A stretch of DNA of 63,486 nucleotides, filler included, from Globobulimina sp. (taxonomy: Eukaryota), in the NCBI GenBank assembly GCA_003354225.1. It is 22 parts of 22 records of this genome, joined end to end, with 100 filler letters (N's around TTAATTAATTAA, not from the genome) between each part and the next. Parts side by side here need not be neighbours in the genome. Positions count along the whole stretch, not along the records: positions 23,134 to 25,924 come from PIVH01004871.1; positions 26,025 to 28,814 come from PIVH01004872.1; positions 28,915 to 31,704 come from PIVH01004873.1; positions 31,805 to 34,594 come from PIVH01004874.1; positions 34,695 to 37,484 come from PIVH01004875.1; 17 more parts are not named here. One strand, given 5' to 3'. The translations under genes and the position numbers were made by a program. Numbering within the stretch: position 1 is the first letter of the stretch; every line of letters begins with the position of its first letter. Positions 24,254-35,305 of this stretch are shown here, in pieces. Under the pieces are notes generated by a model. That model saw nothing but the letters and a program-made list of their open reading frames with translations, did no database searches and had not been told where the DNA came from.

Positions 24254-25924
24254 ATGGGTTGTGGAGCAATGACAACAGCCAAAACATTGGCGTACGCTTA
24301 CGATGTATTCACAATAATCGTGTCTCTATTGGATGTACTAACAGACATTATAGTTTTAGTTGAATTTTATGTATTGGGAAGAATGCCATTTTTTTATGCA
24401 AGTTTAAGCATACTAATTGTGGCTCAATTGGCATATTGCATTGCATTTTGGTTCAAATTTAAAAAATCATTCGAATCCTACGCTCTCGGAAGCATTGGGT
24501 TTTGCTGTATGTTGCCATTTGCACCAATTTTATCCTTTGCTTTCTTCTTCACAGAAAATGATAATACGCGATTGTCGCAGTATTTGCATGGTTTATTCAG
24601 CTCATTCAACTGTCAATTGACAGTATTCAATTGTTGCAGCAACAATAATTCACGCACACACTCACAAAATACATTGGCCAAAAATAATCAACGCTCTCCA
24701 GAAATGGAGCAACTCAGACAATGGTTCAAACAAAAAATTATGAAACATATTGGATTTATCATTGAAGCATTGATTGAAGCTTTTCCGCAAAGCATATTAC
24801 AATTAATAGCAATCGTATATTTTAACGACAGCGAGAATTATATCTCAATGTTTTCTATATTATTGTCCATGCTCTCCGTATCCACAAAATCATTTATTTT
24901 ATCAGTCTTAGCATCCTATAATTTACGCAGTGCCATATTTAATTGGCTTTGTTGTGTCACTGATTTTTTTGGCATTTTTTTGGTGATTTCATTTGCATTT
25001 TATATACCTCCAAATCACGCAAATAATCCATTTGCTACAATTCAAAAAGTATGGATCTATTCGATATTAGTGACCGTAATTCCATTTGCATTGATAGGCA
25101 GTATTGGGATGAATATAAAATGGAGTCTTAGATTATCAAAAGAATATTGGTGCGGCTTTGCGTTCTTTGTACAAATTGCATGGATTGTTGGCTTATGCAT
25201 ATGTGTTATGTCAATGACCATATCTTGCTTTTTATTAATTGCTGCTCTTATGTTCAATACCGGCGTTGCAAAGCGTATTAGCAGCGGTATTGCCGCCGAA
25301 TTCTATTTGCCATTAATATCATTTATTAATGACGCAACGAATAAGAATATGACAATTACACTACGCGACTCAGAGTCATTTAATTTAATTGTGGCAAAAA
25401 AACAAGATAAGATAGTCAGGATTTGCTGTATTAATCGTGTGTTATTAGAGAGAATGCATTCATTTAACAATCAGGGGTTTAATCATATTCGTATTAATAA
25501 TAATAAAATGTACCGGGAACAAAGATATTGGACATATAATATTTATGAAACTGACTTACATCGATATTTGATTCAAAGTGCCAACATTGACCATGATTAT
25601 CCATATTGCAATGTCGTGTTAACTGAGATAAAGAAAGGGAAGGTGAAGAAAAAATTATTGTTAGCTTTAGCCAATATTTATGAAAGAGTACAAGATGGAT
25701 GTTATGAAATGTTGGATGAATTTATGCCAGCTATGTTTGCGAGAATATTGACCCATATTTTTTTGCCGTTATATTTATTTGGGAGAATATTCAATATAAT
25801 GTTTGTTGTGTTTATTATTTGTTACTTATCGTTTGGACATAATATTCATATCTTGACTGATGATGTACCAATATTCCAAACGGTTATGTTTTGTTGTTAC
25901 ATTTTGTTATTATTGTTATGGATA
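24254..25924 (+). CDS. XK-related (Xkr) membrane protein, 3' truncated
   Basis: LLDVLTDIIVLVEFY, IEALIEAFPQSILQL and SILLSMLSVS match XK-family motifs; many TM segments. Confidence 0.75.
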
Positions 25925-26374
25925 NNNNNNNNNNNNNNNNNNNNNNNNNNNNNNNNNNNNNNNNNNNNTTAATTAATTAANNNNNNNNNNNNNNNNNNNN
26001 NNNNNNNNNNNNNNNNNNNNNNNNGTGAAATAATGTGTGTAATGCAATTTGCCTTTAAAACAGCCATTTTTTTAGACTGATGTCAAAGTGTTGGAAAGGC
26101 GGTGGTCGGTCAAACAAGCCAAGAAAAGGGAGTTTGATGATGTTGACGCGTTTATAAATGATATGTTTGATTGATGAATGTATTGAGTGTGCTCCTTCTT
26201 CCAATGCTCTTCTTACTATTCATTAAACACCACTGTGTTGATTTTGCTCCTTCTAAATCACTAAAAATTTGTCGTTTGTCAGGTGATAGCAGTGATTTTA
26301 AGATTTTCACGAAGTAAGCTAGTCGTCTCATTGCACGATATATACCAAAAGCTAACCCAGTTCTAACTTAGTAG

Positions 26375-28215
26375 ATGGCACAACGCCGAGGTAAGTATAC
26401 TCGAACCTCCTCCCATTCATCAACCACAGCACTGACCAATCCAATTCCAAATAACTTAGAATTGGATGGCGAAAAATCCCATCCAATTCTCTCCTCATCA
26501 CAACCATTACAAGCAATTACATCAGCAAATGATCCGCCACCATCCACACAGCCAAACGCAGCCATTCCCTCCCCCGAATTGCAAGAAGTCCGCATCTTTG
26601 AACCAGGTTATTCAGACTGGCAAGGCACAAACAATATATTCTGCAGAGGCCGCATCATCGGCGGACCAGAAATCGTCAAACTTTTAACCACCACCGTCAT
26701 CATCCTCATTCCCAGCGTCATCTATCTCTCCTTTTGTGCAAGGATATTGTGGATGGATTACAACTCACCGCTGGCCATGATCGGTGGCTTAATATTTGGC
26801 ATTTTATGTATTAGTTTCTTAATAATCACCGCTGAGATGGATGCCGGTATCATACCTCGCACCAATTCGTTTGAAAAGGCCTTGGCGGTTTATGCCGCAA
26901 ATAAAGACATTCACAACGCCAAAAATAACAATAACAATGGATTTATATATGACGAGAATAGGAGCGACCACATCGTATTTCCCTTCCGTCAGACCATTAA
27001 CATGGACGGCCATGTGGTGACACTCAAATATTGCATCACGTGCTGCGTTGCCAGGCCGCCGCGCTCTTTTCACTGTCAAGTATGTAATAATTGCATTGAG
27101 AGGTTCGACCATCACTGTCCGTGGGTCGGTAACTGCATTGGTTTGAGGTATCTGAACATATATATCTGTATTGTTCATTTGTTTTATGTGAGGTCACAAT
27201 GTGCAAATATGTATACAGCAAATATTAATTTGGTATACACAAATGTAGCTACATTTAATTTGGAGCACAGCATATTAAATCTGATTAATATCCGTTGTCA
27301 ATGCATACAATAAACAGTTTCTGTCGACATTGCCACTTTATTTTATCCAAAAACGTTGACAGAAACTATATATTCATTGTATGTGCTTTGATGCACTTAA
27401 GGAACTATAACTATTTCTTATTATTTTTAATATTCTTAAACATTTATATGGTTTATGTGGCTTATTGGAGCATCATATTATTGAAACACGGCTGGTTATC
27501 CTGCACTGATTGCAGCACAAACTGGCAATCCTTTGCCTTTATGTGCAAGTTGTACCCCTTCACTTTGACCATAATGCTGTTCCAAGTGCTAATCTTCTGG
27601 TTCCCCGTCGCCTTGCTATGCTTCCATATGTACATTGCGTCCACGGGACAGACCACGTATGAGATATTACGCAGTCGCGAGCTAAACAGCACTGAAACTG
27701 AAATGAGCAGCAACGACAATTATATGCCTGAACTCCGGCCGTTTAAGTTCGCGTCGCCATATTCATTGGGAGTCTGCGGCAATTTGTGGAACATTTTTAT
27801 CAAATTCCCGACCCGGACCAACTTGCACATTCATCATAAACCGCCAAACATTGAGAGAATCAATGAAGCCGTCATCAATAAGCGGACCATTGTTTATTTA
27901 AAACCGGAGGATGTTAAATATGAATTGGAGAAAATAGGCAAATATGGCAATGAAAATTTAAATCAAAATGAGGAAGAACAGAGATTGTTGAACGGAAATA
28001 TTAATATCACGGAGCTCCACAATAAATGTACACAGATTGAAGAGGAAGAGGAGGATATCGATGAGGATCATGAATGTGGACAGTCGCAGATTGAACTGGC
28101 TGCCATCACACTAAAACAACATTATTCTTCTTCCTCGGAAATCAATTCAGCAAATAATAGCAACGAGAATGACAAAAATGATAATTCTGTGGTCACAATT
28201 AGTAGAGCTCATTGA
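26375..28215 (+). CDS. DHHC palmitoyltransferase (Erf2/ZDHHC9-like), two exons
   Basis: [67 protein letters not shown] and GQTTYE; intron 27148-27401. Confidence 0.96.
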
Positions 28216-28388
28216 TAGTGATATATTGTCATGTTTTTTATATTTGTTTTTTTTTTGGTCGTGAATGATCACGATTTATATTTTTATGTTTCAGTCGCAT
28301 AGTGTTGTTATTGAACCATCCTTCAAATTTGCAAAACGTGTACATATTGTTTGTATGCGAAAGTGTTGCCTGTTGTAGTCAGTTTTAA

Positions 28389-28814
28389 TTATATATCCCA
28401 TGCACTTTCTGGATTCAACCATCTGGTCAGCCAAAGCGCGGGGAAATAAAAAACAAGAAAAGGCATAGAAAGTAATAATAAGTTTGTTAACATGATCCAT
28501 TCTTTGATTCCTTTCGGTAATACATGTTCAAATACGTTGTATTGTTGCTTATATTTAATTTGTTTTGACAATGTATCAGCATATTCTTGCAATTTATTTC
28601 TATCAAAATGATATAATAATCCATAGCAACACATGTTATTATTATTCTCATTGAATGAAATTTGAATGACCAATTTATATCCATTTTTAACATAAAACTG
28701 AACAACATTTTCAGTCATTGTTACAACAAATATCGGTAAATTATTATAGTTCATATCCATTGAACATTTTTGATGAATTAAATGCAACATTTTGCTTCCA
28801 TTCCCGTTCCACTT
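28389..28814 (-). CDS. GNAT acetyltransferase, 3' part
   Basis: KWNGNGSKML (motif A-like) at the contig edge, followed by PIFVVT..ENVVQFYVKNGYKLV (motif B). Confidence 0.65.
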   Translation of the reverse strand, partial: KWNGNGSKMLHLIHQKCSMDMNYNNLPIFVVTMTENVVQFYVKNGYKLVIQISFNENNNNMCCYGLLYHFDRNKLQEYADTLSKQIKYKQQYNVFEHVLPKGIKEWIMLTNLLLLSMPFLVFYFPALWLTRWLNPESAWDI

Positions 28815-30136
28815 NNNNNNNNNNNNNNNNNNNNNNNNNNNNNNNNNNNNNNNNNNNNTTAATTAATTAANNNNNNNNNNNNNNNNNNNNNNNNNNNNNN
28901 NNNNNNNNNNNNNNCATTGACCGTTTTATCTGTAAAAGCATTAGGTCGCTTTGTACCTAGTGTTTTACAAACATGAATTACCAGTTTCAATGAATAAAAC
29001 TAGCAATTATAGACAACCGTTTCAATTGACCTGCATAGCATAATAAAATATGCCTTGCAGTTTGACAAGTGCTGACGATAAACGTTTCACCAGTCAAAGT
29101 AGCCAAAGTAGCACGTTGATCGGACATAGCTTTTAGCTCGCAGAAATGTAAACATTTTCAGCGCAGCTGATCAGATCAGTTAAAACTAAATCTCAGCTGC
29201 TTAGAAAAGAACTTTGTCGCCATCGATAATACGACTGACTGTTCACAGCAATTTGCTAGCTATGTGCCAATATCGAGTAATTAGCTGGCAAATAAACAAT
29301 GTAGTTTCGATTTACTTTCATGGTATGACAACACATGACAGTTTTTACAATATCGCCGAGTACTAACGCATAAAGGAATACTAGTAGAGCCATTTTATGC
29401 TCAATCAGTAATAGCAATAAGCGTTATGTAATAGAGCGGTTTCTATTACTGCTTGTTGAACAAAAACGTTTACAGTACGGCTGGCGGGTTAAACCAAATC
29501 ACCACCGACTAAAAGATTTTTGACGTCGTATAGAAACGTAAACAATGCGATTACAACTGGAGGCATAAAGCGACTGTCCAGCGGAGAGCGGTTTTCTACT
29601 AGAATTAAATCGGGTAAACCCAGAAAACGTTTGTTATGTCGTGGATTTTTTTATCCAGGACAAGGTGGGCCCATGATACGCCATTATCAGCCCCGGGTTG
29701 CACCAAAATCTCTGACTCCGTCTAAAAAAGTGACTTAAGAATAAGGGGCACGGTTTGCTTTCTACAGGTGAGGGCCGAGCCTTGACCTGGCCAAGTCGGC
29801 TCAACCGGCACGGTAGACCCAAATTCACTGAGCGGGTAATTGGCAGATTGAACCACCGATCGGAACGAGTCTTGATAGGCCTACAATAGTCGCCATCGGT
29901 GGCCTTCCACTGTACTACAGTTTGTATTCCACAAGCGATTCGTGTTACAAAACGCTGCATCAGGCATTCGAAAACCTCATTACGTAATGTCAAAGGGTCG
30001 TAGCATAACGAAACCCATTTGTTTGAGACGCCCGTTTTTCCAGAGTTTTGTGCTAATTTCGAAAATCCATCGGGAATCGCACCGATTTTTAACCATTTAT
30101 CGGGAATCGTACCGATAACAAAAAGTCCAAAAAAAT

Positions 30137-31702
30137 TTAAAAAAAAAATAAATAAAAAAAATTAAAATCTAACAATTTACCAGATTCATCAATTCCAGGT
30201 ACCATATGTTCTTGTGTCTCCGTAATATTGACACTTTCCACATTTGAAATAGCCGCTACATTAAGGTCCTCTGATTGTGGAGCATTTTCTCCTTCCACTT
30301 GACGAATTTCTCCTTCCATAACGACGGGTTGGACCACATCGTCAGGGGGAATCGCACCCTCATCGACCGTAAACGCAGGGGGCTCGTTGTCGTGCTCCAC
30401 TGCGGCGATTTGACGCTGATTTTCTAACTGAACGTGTCGATTATCCGGTCTGGAACGTTGTTGTTCAAACGGCCGAAACGATTGCTGATTTCTCGGGCGA
30501 AACGACGGGCGCGGTTGATACGGCGCCTGGTACGACGGTTGCGACGATTGGGGCGGTTGAAACGGCGCCCGGTATTGTTGAAACGACGGTCCCGGTGGAC
30601 GTGATGGTCTAGCCAGTAGATAATGCTGTAAATGCGGTTTGATAGGCAGGTTACAAGATTTTACTTGATGACCTGGTTTTCCGCAATTATAGCATTGTCC
30701 CATCAGAGGTTTTGGACCGGGGTTGGGTACTGTAGGAGGAATAGACGGCGCTATTGCTGCTACCTGTTCAACCCGTTTTGTCAATGTATCGAGTGCACGG
30801 CGATATTCATCAATTTCGATATCATTTTGTGATGAAACGGCGCAAATTTGAGCTCGGGTGGGAGTTTTAGGCTTTTTAGCGTTTATAACCGCTGTCAATC
30901 GATCGATGTCATTAGAGGCGGCGGTTTTAACTATAACTCCCTGTTCAAGCAGATAATTTTCGTGTTTCTGCGCTAACTGAAGTGCCATATCGAATGACGT
31001 TGGCTCGGTGCCAATACTAATGCGGTCAGCTATTTTAGGGTTGACACCAGCTAAAAATACCTCCATCATTAGGCGATCGCGCGCATTAGCTTGCATAGTA
31101 ACATAAGCTGCGCGGGCTAATCGACGCAATTCGGTTGCAAAATCGTTAATCGTTTCGTTCGACTTTTGTTTGCGCTGATGAAACTGTCGGGCCATCATAG
31201 CAGGCTGACCCGGTGGCGCAAATTTAGCTGCTAACGCGGCAGTTAGCAGTGCATAATCGGTTTTCGTCCCTTGTTCCAGTACCCTATACGCGTCTGCGGC
31301 GAAACCGCGTAAATAGGTCGGCAAAATTCGAGTTTGGCGTTCTTCCGAAATATTGAGAGCTCTAGCGCAGAGCTCAAAGAAATCGGCCCAATCGGTGAAG
31401 TTATCACCTGGCCGTCCATAATAGAACGGGGCATCAGGGAAACGGCGCCCTCCACCAATTGGATTTTCCCCAACTGCCTCAGCAACTGGAGCTTGCGCAG
31501 CGGCGGCAGCTCCAGCCCCAGCAGTCAAATTATGTTGATTAAATTACTGTTCGAGTACTGCGACTCGATCAGTAAGTTGTTCCATGATATTTGCCTTCGC
31601 TTTAAGAGTGTCACGGCTTTCGCGACGAGAAATTCTAGCACTATCTGGCACAACAGGCTCAGATTGCGCTGACGTCGATGGCCTGTCTGTCTGTGAAGAC
31701 TT
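30137..31702 (-). mobile_element. gag: LTR-retrotransposon (Ty3/gypsy-like) gag with CCHC knuckle; one in-frame TAA; no pol
   Basis: FYYGRPGDNFTDWADFFE...ILPTYLRGFA...RKQKSNETINDFATELRRLA (capsid/MHR-like) and CYNCGKPGHQVKSC. The frame continues upstream of the TAA at 31544-31546 to the contig end. Confidence 0.88.
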
Positions 31703-31806
31703 TCNNNNNNNNNNNNNNNNNNNNNNNNNNNNNNNNNNNNNNNNNNNNTTAATTAATTAANNNNNNNNNNNNNNNNNNNNNNNNNNNNNNNNNNNNNNNN
31801 NNNNGG

Positions 31807-33033
31807 AAATGCAGAGGGAGACATCACGTATTAAATGTTGAAACGAGCGGAATAAAATCTGTGCCACATACAACCAGAGTATCATTATTTCACAATTCTA
31901 CATTTTTTGATGGTTTTATAAAACCAAAACAAGTCGCAAATTTTACAGCTTTAATTTTTATATATTTTGATCCTTATTCTGCAATAAATACAATACCAGA
32001 TAAATTAATAAATTTACAACTTTCCACTGCATATAAATGGTCTGCAAAAATACGTATAGCCATTGGAGTTATCAGAAAAAGAATTCCAATAAAATTGGGT
32101 GATAATGGAAGTAGCATAGAAATTGATTGTTCATTTATGAATGCGGAATGGAAATATCATAAAATGTCAATGCCACATAATTGGCATGTTAGAGCGTGGG
32201 CTCGCTTTATAGAACGATTTTGGACAGAAAAGGGTAGGCATAGGAGATTAACATTTCTTGTTGGCACAGAGAGTATTCCGCATTGTTTGCCTTTATTGTT
32301 AGAAAATATTGCAAGAAACAGAGGACTATCATTATTTGCAGATGGTTCAACAATGGTTGAAGGTATTGCAAGCAGAGTGTCAGAAAAAGATTTGATTGTT
32401 CGTCAATGTTGTCATTCAAGCAGTCATATGATTAAATTAGGAACTGAATATTTGGATGCACATGGAAAGGAGGTGTTCAAATTTGTTTAGCTACAACATG
32501 GTTGCATGAAAGCGATTGGTATGACTGTGTGTTATATGGCTTGTTATTTGTATGAGATTGGACACGAATTTGAAGCAATATTGCATTATTTGTATGCAAT
32601 ATATTTGTGTAATGTACGAAAATATCCTGAAATATATTATCATTTTTCGCTGTGTTTGTTGAATGTGGGAAATATAATTTCATCAAAAAAATATATTAAG
32701 GATGTATTGAAATATAATCAAACAGCAAAAGTGAGAAAATTAAATAATAGGATTCATTTGGAATATAAGAATTTAGAATGCTTGGAATGTAATACAACTA
32801 TTAAAACAACAAAATTGAAAACATGTGGTGGCTGTGCAAAGGTGTTTTATTGTTCAAAATTATGTCAAAAGAAATCATGGAATAGGAAAGGTGATGGACA
32901 TAGAATGTTTTGTGATGGAACATTTACGACATTTTGTAGTGTCAGACAAGAATTAAAAATGATCATGAAAAATACCAAAACAAAAGCAAAAACAATAGGA
33001 ATTCCTACACATAATAGTGTGTATCATAAATAA
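31807..33033 (+). CDS. MYND zinc-finger protein (5' truncated) interrupted by one in-frame TAG
   Basis: ORFs 31861-32490 and 32506-33033 are in the same frame. C-terminal CLEC...LKTCGGCAKVFYCSKLCQKKSW...HRMFC, preceded by a TPR-like helical segment. Confidence 0.8.
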
Positions 33034-33056
33034 TTTATGTTGTTTGTATTTAAGGG

Positions 33057-33108
33057 AAAATCATACACCAAACACCAGATTTCTACGGTAAAATCATACA
33101 CCAAACAC
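33057..33108 (+). repeat. 19-bp direct repeat AAAATCATACACCAAACAC x2
   Basis: Exact copies at 33057-33075 and 33090-33108, upstream of the actin-like gene. Confidence 0.9.
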
Positions 33109-33174
33109 GTAAAAAATACCAAGTGCTGAAACAAGAGATTTTTCAGCGTTCAGTAGTGATTTTCCGTAAAAAGC

Positions 33175-34464
33175 ATGCAGTTGAAAGAGGATTCAACAGT
33201 TGATGAAGATGAAGATGAAGAATCTATACTTGTATTAGACAATGGATCAGATACTATTAAATCTGGATTTGCTGGTGATGACAAACCATCATTATATACT
33301 CCAACTGTTACTCTAACGGGAACCAAATATGTTGGAAATGAAGCATTGATGAATTATAACAAAAATCCACAAAAACAATCATTGTCATATCCCATTGAAA
33401 GTGGTGTCATCACTGGTTGGGATGAAATGGAGCTTATATGGTCGCATATATTCAACCATAAAGATATAAAAACCTATGATAAATTAACGGAATGTGGTAT
33501 TATAACCTCGGAATGCCCAACAAATCCCAAAGCATGCAGAGAGAAAATAACACAAATTATGATGGAAACGTATCAGTTCAAGAATTATTACCTTGCAAAC
33601 ACAGCACAAACATCTTTGTATGCGTATGGCCGCACCTCTGGAACCACCGTTGATTTTGGTAAACATCAGATTGTAATTTGTCCAGTTTGGGAGGGCTATT
33701 TGCACCCTCATGCTGTGGGAACATTTGCTCTCAGTTCTGCTGAAATGCAAAGTTATGTGGATGCGATCTGCACACAACATGGACATATTATATTGAATGA
33801 TATAGCTTCCACTCAAATCATATCACATTGGAACAGATTATTTATCACAAATAATGACGAATATGTTGACAAATTAATTAAGCATTATTATGGATTAAAG
33901 ACACAAACATTGCAAGATATTCAATCTGTTTGTTACATGGCATTGGATCCCAAATTAGAATATGAAAGATTAGGATTGGATGATACAAATGATATGAACG
34001 AGTATGTATTGCCGGATGGGAGTAAGTTGAGAATAAAACAAAAAATATTGTTTGCAGCAACCGAGCCATTCTTTGATAAAGATTTGTTAAAACAAGTTAA
34101 TGTAAAGCAAGAGAATGAGGACATTAAAAATAAAAATTTAAGTGTTTATGGTAATGTAGCTGCAGCCATTTATAATTCTATCATGAAATGTGATGTTAGT
34201 TTGCGGAGAGATTTGTATCATAATGTTGTTGTTTGTGGAGGAAATTCATGGTACAAAGGAATTGATGAAAGAATACAAAGAGAGTTAGAATTTGTAATTC
34301 CTAGATCTATTAAAGCAAAATGTATTGCATCGGTAGAGAGAAAATATAGTGCTTGGTTAGGAATGTCAATTCTATCCAGTTTGTCGACCTTTCAGGACAT
34401 GTGGATTGTTCAAAGTGAATATGACGAAAGTGGCCCTGGTATAGTTCATAGAAAGTGCTTCTGA
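33175..34464 (+). CDS. Divergent actin-like / actin-related protein
   Basis: LVLDNGSDTIKSGFAGDD, YPIESGVITGWDEMELIW, SLYAYGRTSG, YVLPDG and ERKYSAWLGMSILSSLSTFQDMWI...EYDESGPGIVHRKCF. Confidence 0.95.
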   Translation: MQLKEDSTVDEDEDEESILVLDNGSDTIKSGFAGDDKPSLYTPTVTLTGTKYVGNEALMNYNKNPQKQSLSYPIESGVITGWDEMELIWSHIFNHKDIKTYDKLTECGIITSECPTNPKACREKITQIMMETYQFKNYYLANTAQTSLYAYGRTSGTTVDFGKHQIVICPVWEGYLHPHAVGTFALSSAEMQSYVDAICTQHGHIILNDIASTQIISHWNRLFITNNDEYVDKLIKHYYGLKTQTLQDIQSVCYMALDPKLEYERLGLDDTNDMNEYVLPDGSKLRIKQKILFAATEPFFDKDLLKQVNVKQENEDIKNKNLSVYGNVAAAIYNSIMKCDVSLRRDLYHNVVVCGGNSWYKGIDERIQRELEFVIPRSIKAKCIASVERKYSAWLGMSILSSLSTFQDMWIVQSEYDESGPGIVHRKCF

Positions 34465-34903
34465 AATCTACTCAACTGACTTAAATGTTTTTTCTAAGCT
34501 TAAATAAATGTTTTGTCCAAAATAAATCCGGCAATATAATTCAAATGTATTCCGAAAGTAAATAATAAACGTAAAAGATTCAAATATGAGAAAANNNNNN
34601 NNNNNNNNNNNNNNNNNNNNNNNNNNNNNNNNNNNNNNTTAATTAATTAANNNNNNNNNNNNNNNNNNNNNNNNNNNNNNNNNNNNNNNNNNNNATTTGT
34701 AGGAGACGTAGCTAATAAGTATTTTTCGAACAATAAAATTGGAACAATTTATTATTTAGGTTTTATTTGAAGTACAATCAACAAAAAATAGAAAGAAAAG
34801 TATGCAAACAAAAAAGTATGTCAAACAATATTAAAGTCACTAAAAAAAGTATCTTAAACAATAATTATTTCTCTTTATTTTTTCAATCAGCATTCAGCAT
34901 GCA

Positions 34904-35140
34904 TCAATTTGTCAGATTTGGGTGTTTTTGGTATTTGTGATGATATCTAAATTGATATCGATTGTTCATTCTGGACATTGTATTCTGGAGTTGATTTACT
35001 TGATTTTTTAATATTTGTGTTTGGTGTTTCTGCGTTTGCAGCTCATGTAAAATGAAATCAATTTTGAATTCGGCCCGGAAACGATGTACCAGGGATTCAA
35101 ATAATTCGTCCTGATTTGGTAGAGCATCTCTATCGGTCAT
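34904..35140 (-). CDS. Small coiled-coil hypothetical protein
   Basis: 78-aa ATG-started ORF with a heptad pattern, divergent from the gene at 35306. Confidence 0.4.
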   Translation of the reverse strand: MTDRDALPNQDELFESLVHRFRAEFKIDFILHELQTQKHQTQILKNQVNQLQNTMSRMNNRYQFRYHHKYQKHPNLTN

Positions 35141-35305
35141 GTTTAATTGTTGATGTATTTTTGGTATTTATTGGTTGTTGGATTATATTTGACTTACTAT
35201 GAGTTGCAATGGGAAATGGAAAATGTTTATTGTTTGATAGTTTTTTTTTGACTCAGCTCTCTATATATTTATATATCATAGCTACGTCATTATAACACAG
35301 ACACT

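Noticed and set aside
29740-29930. GC-rich structured segment as SRP RNA, RNase P RNA or a ribozyme
   Set aside because: I could not find the diagnostic cores (SRP helix 8, RNase P CR-I/CR-V pairing, hammerhead CUGANGA/GAAA); kept only as a low-score note.
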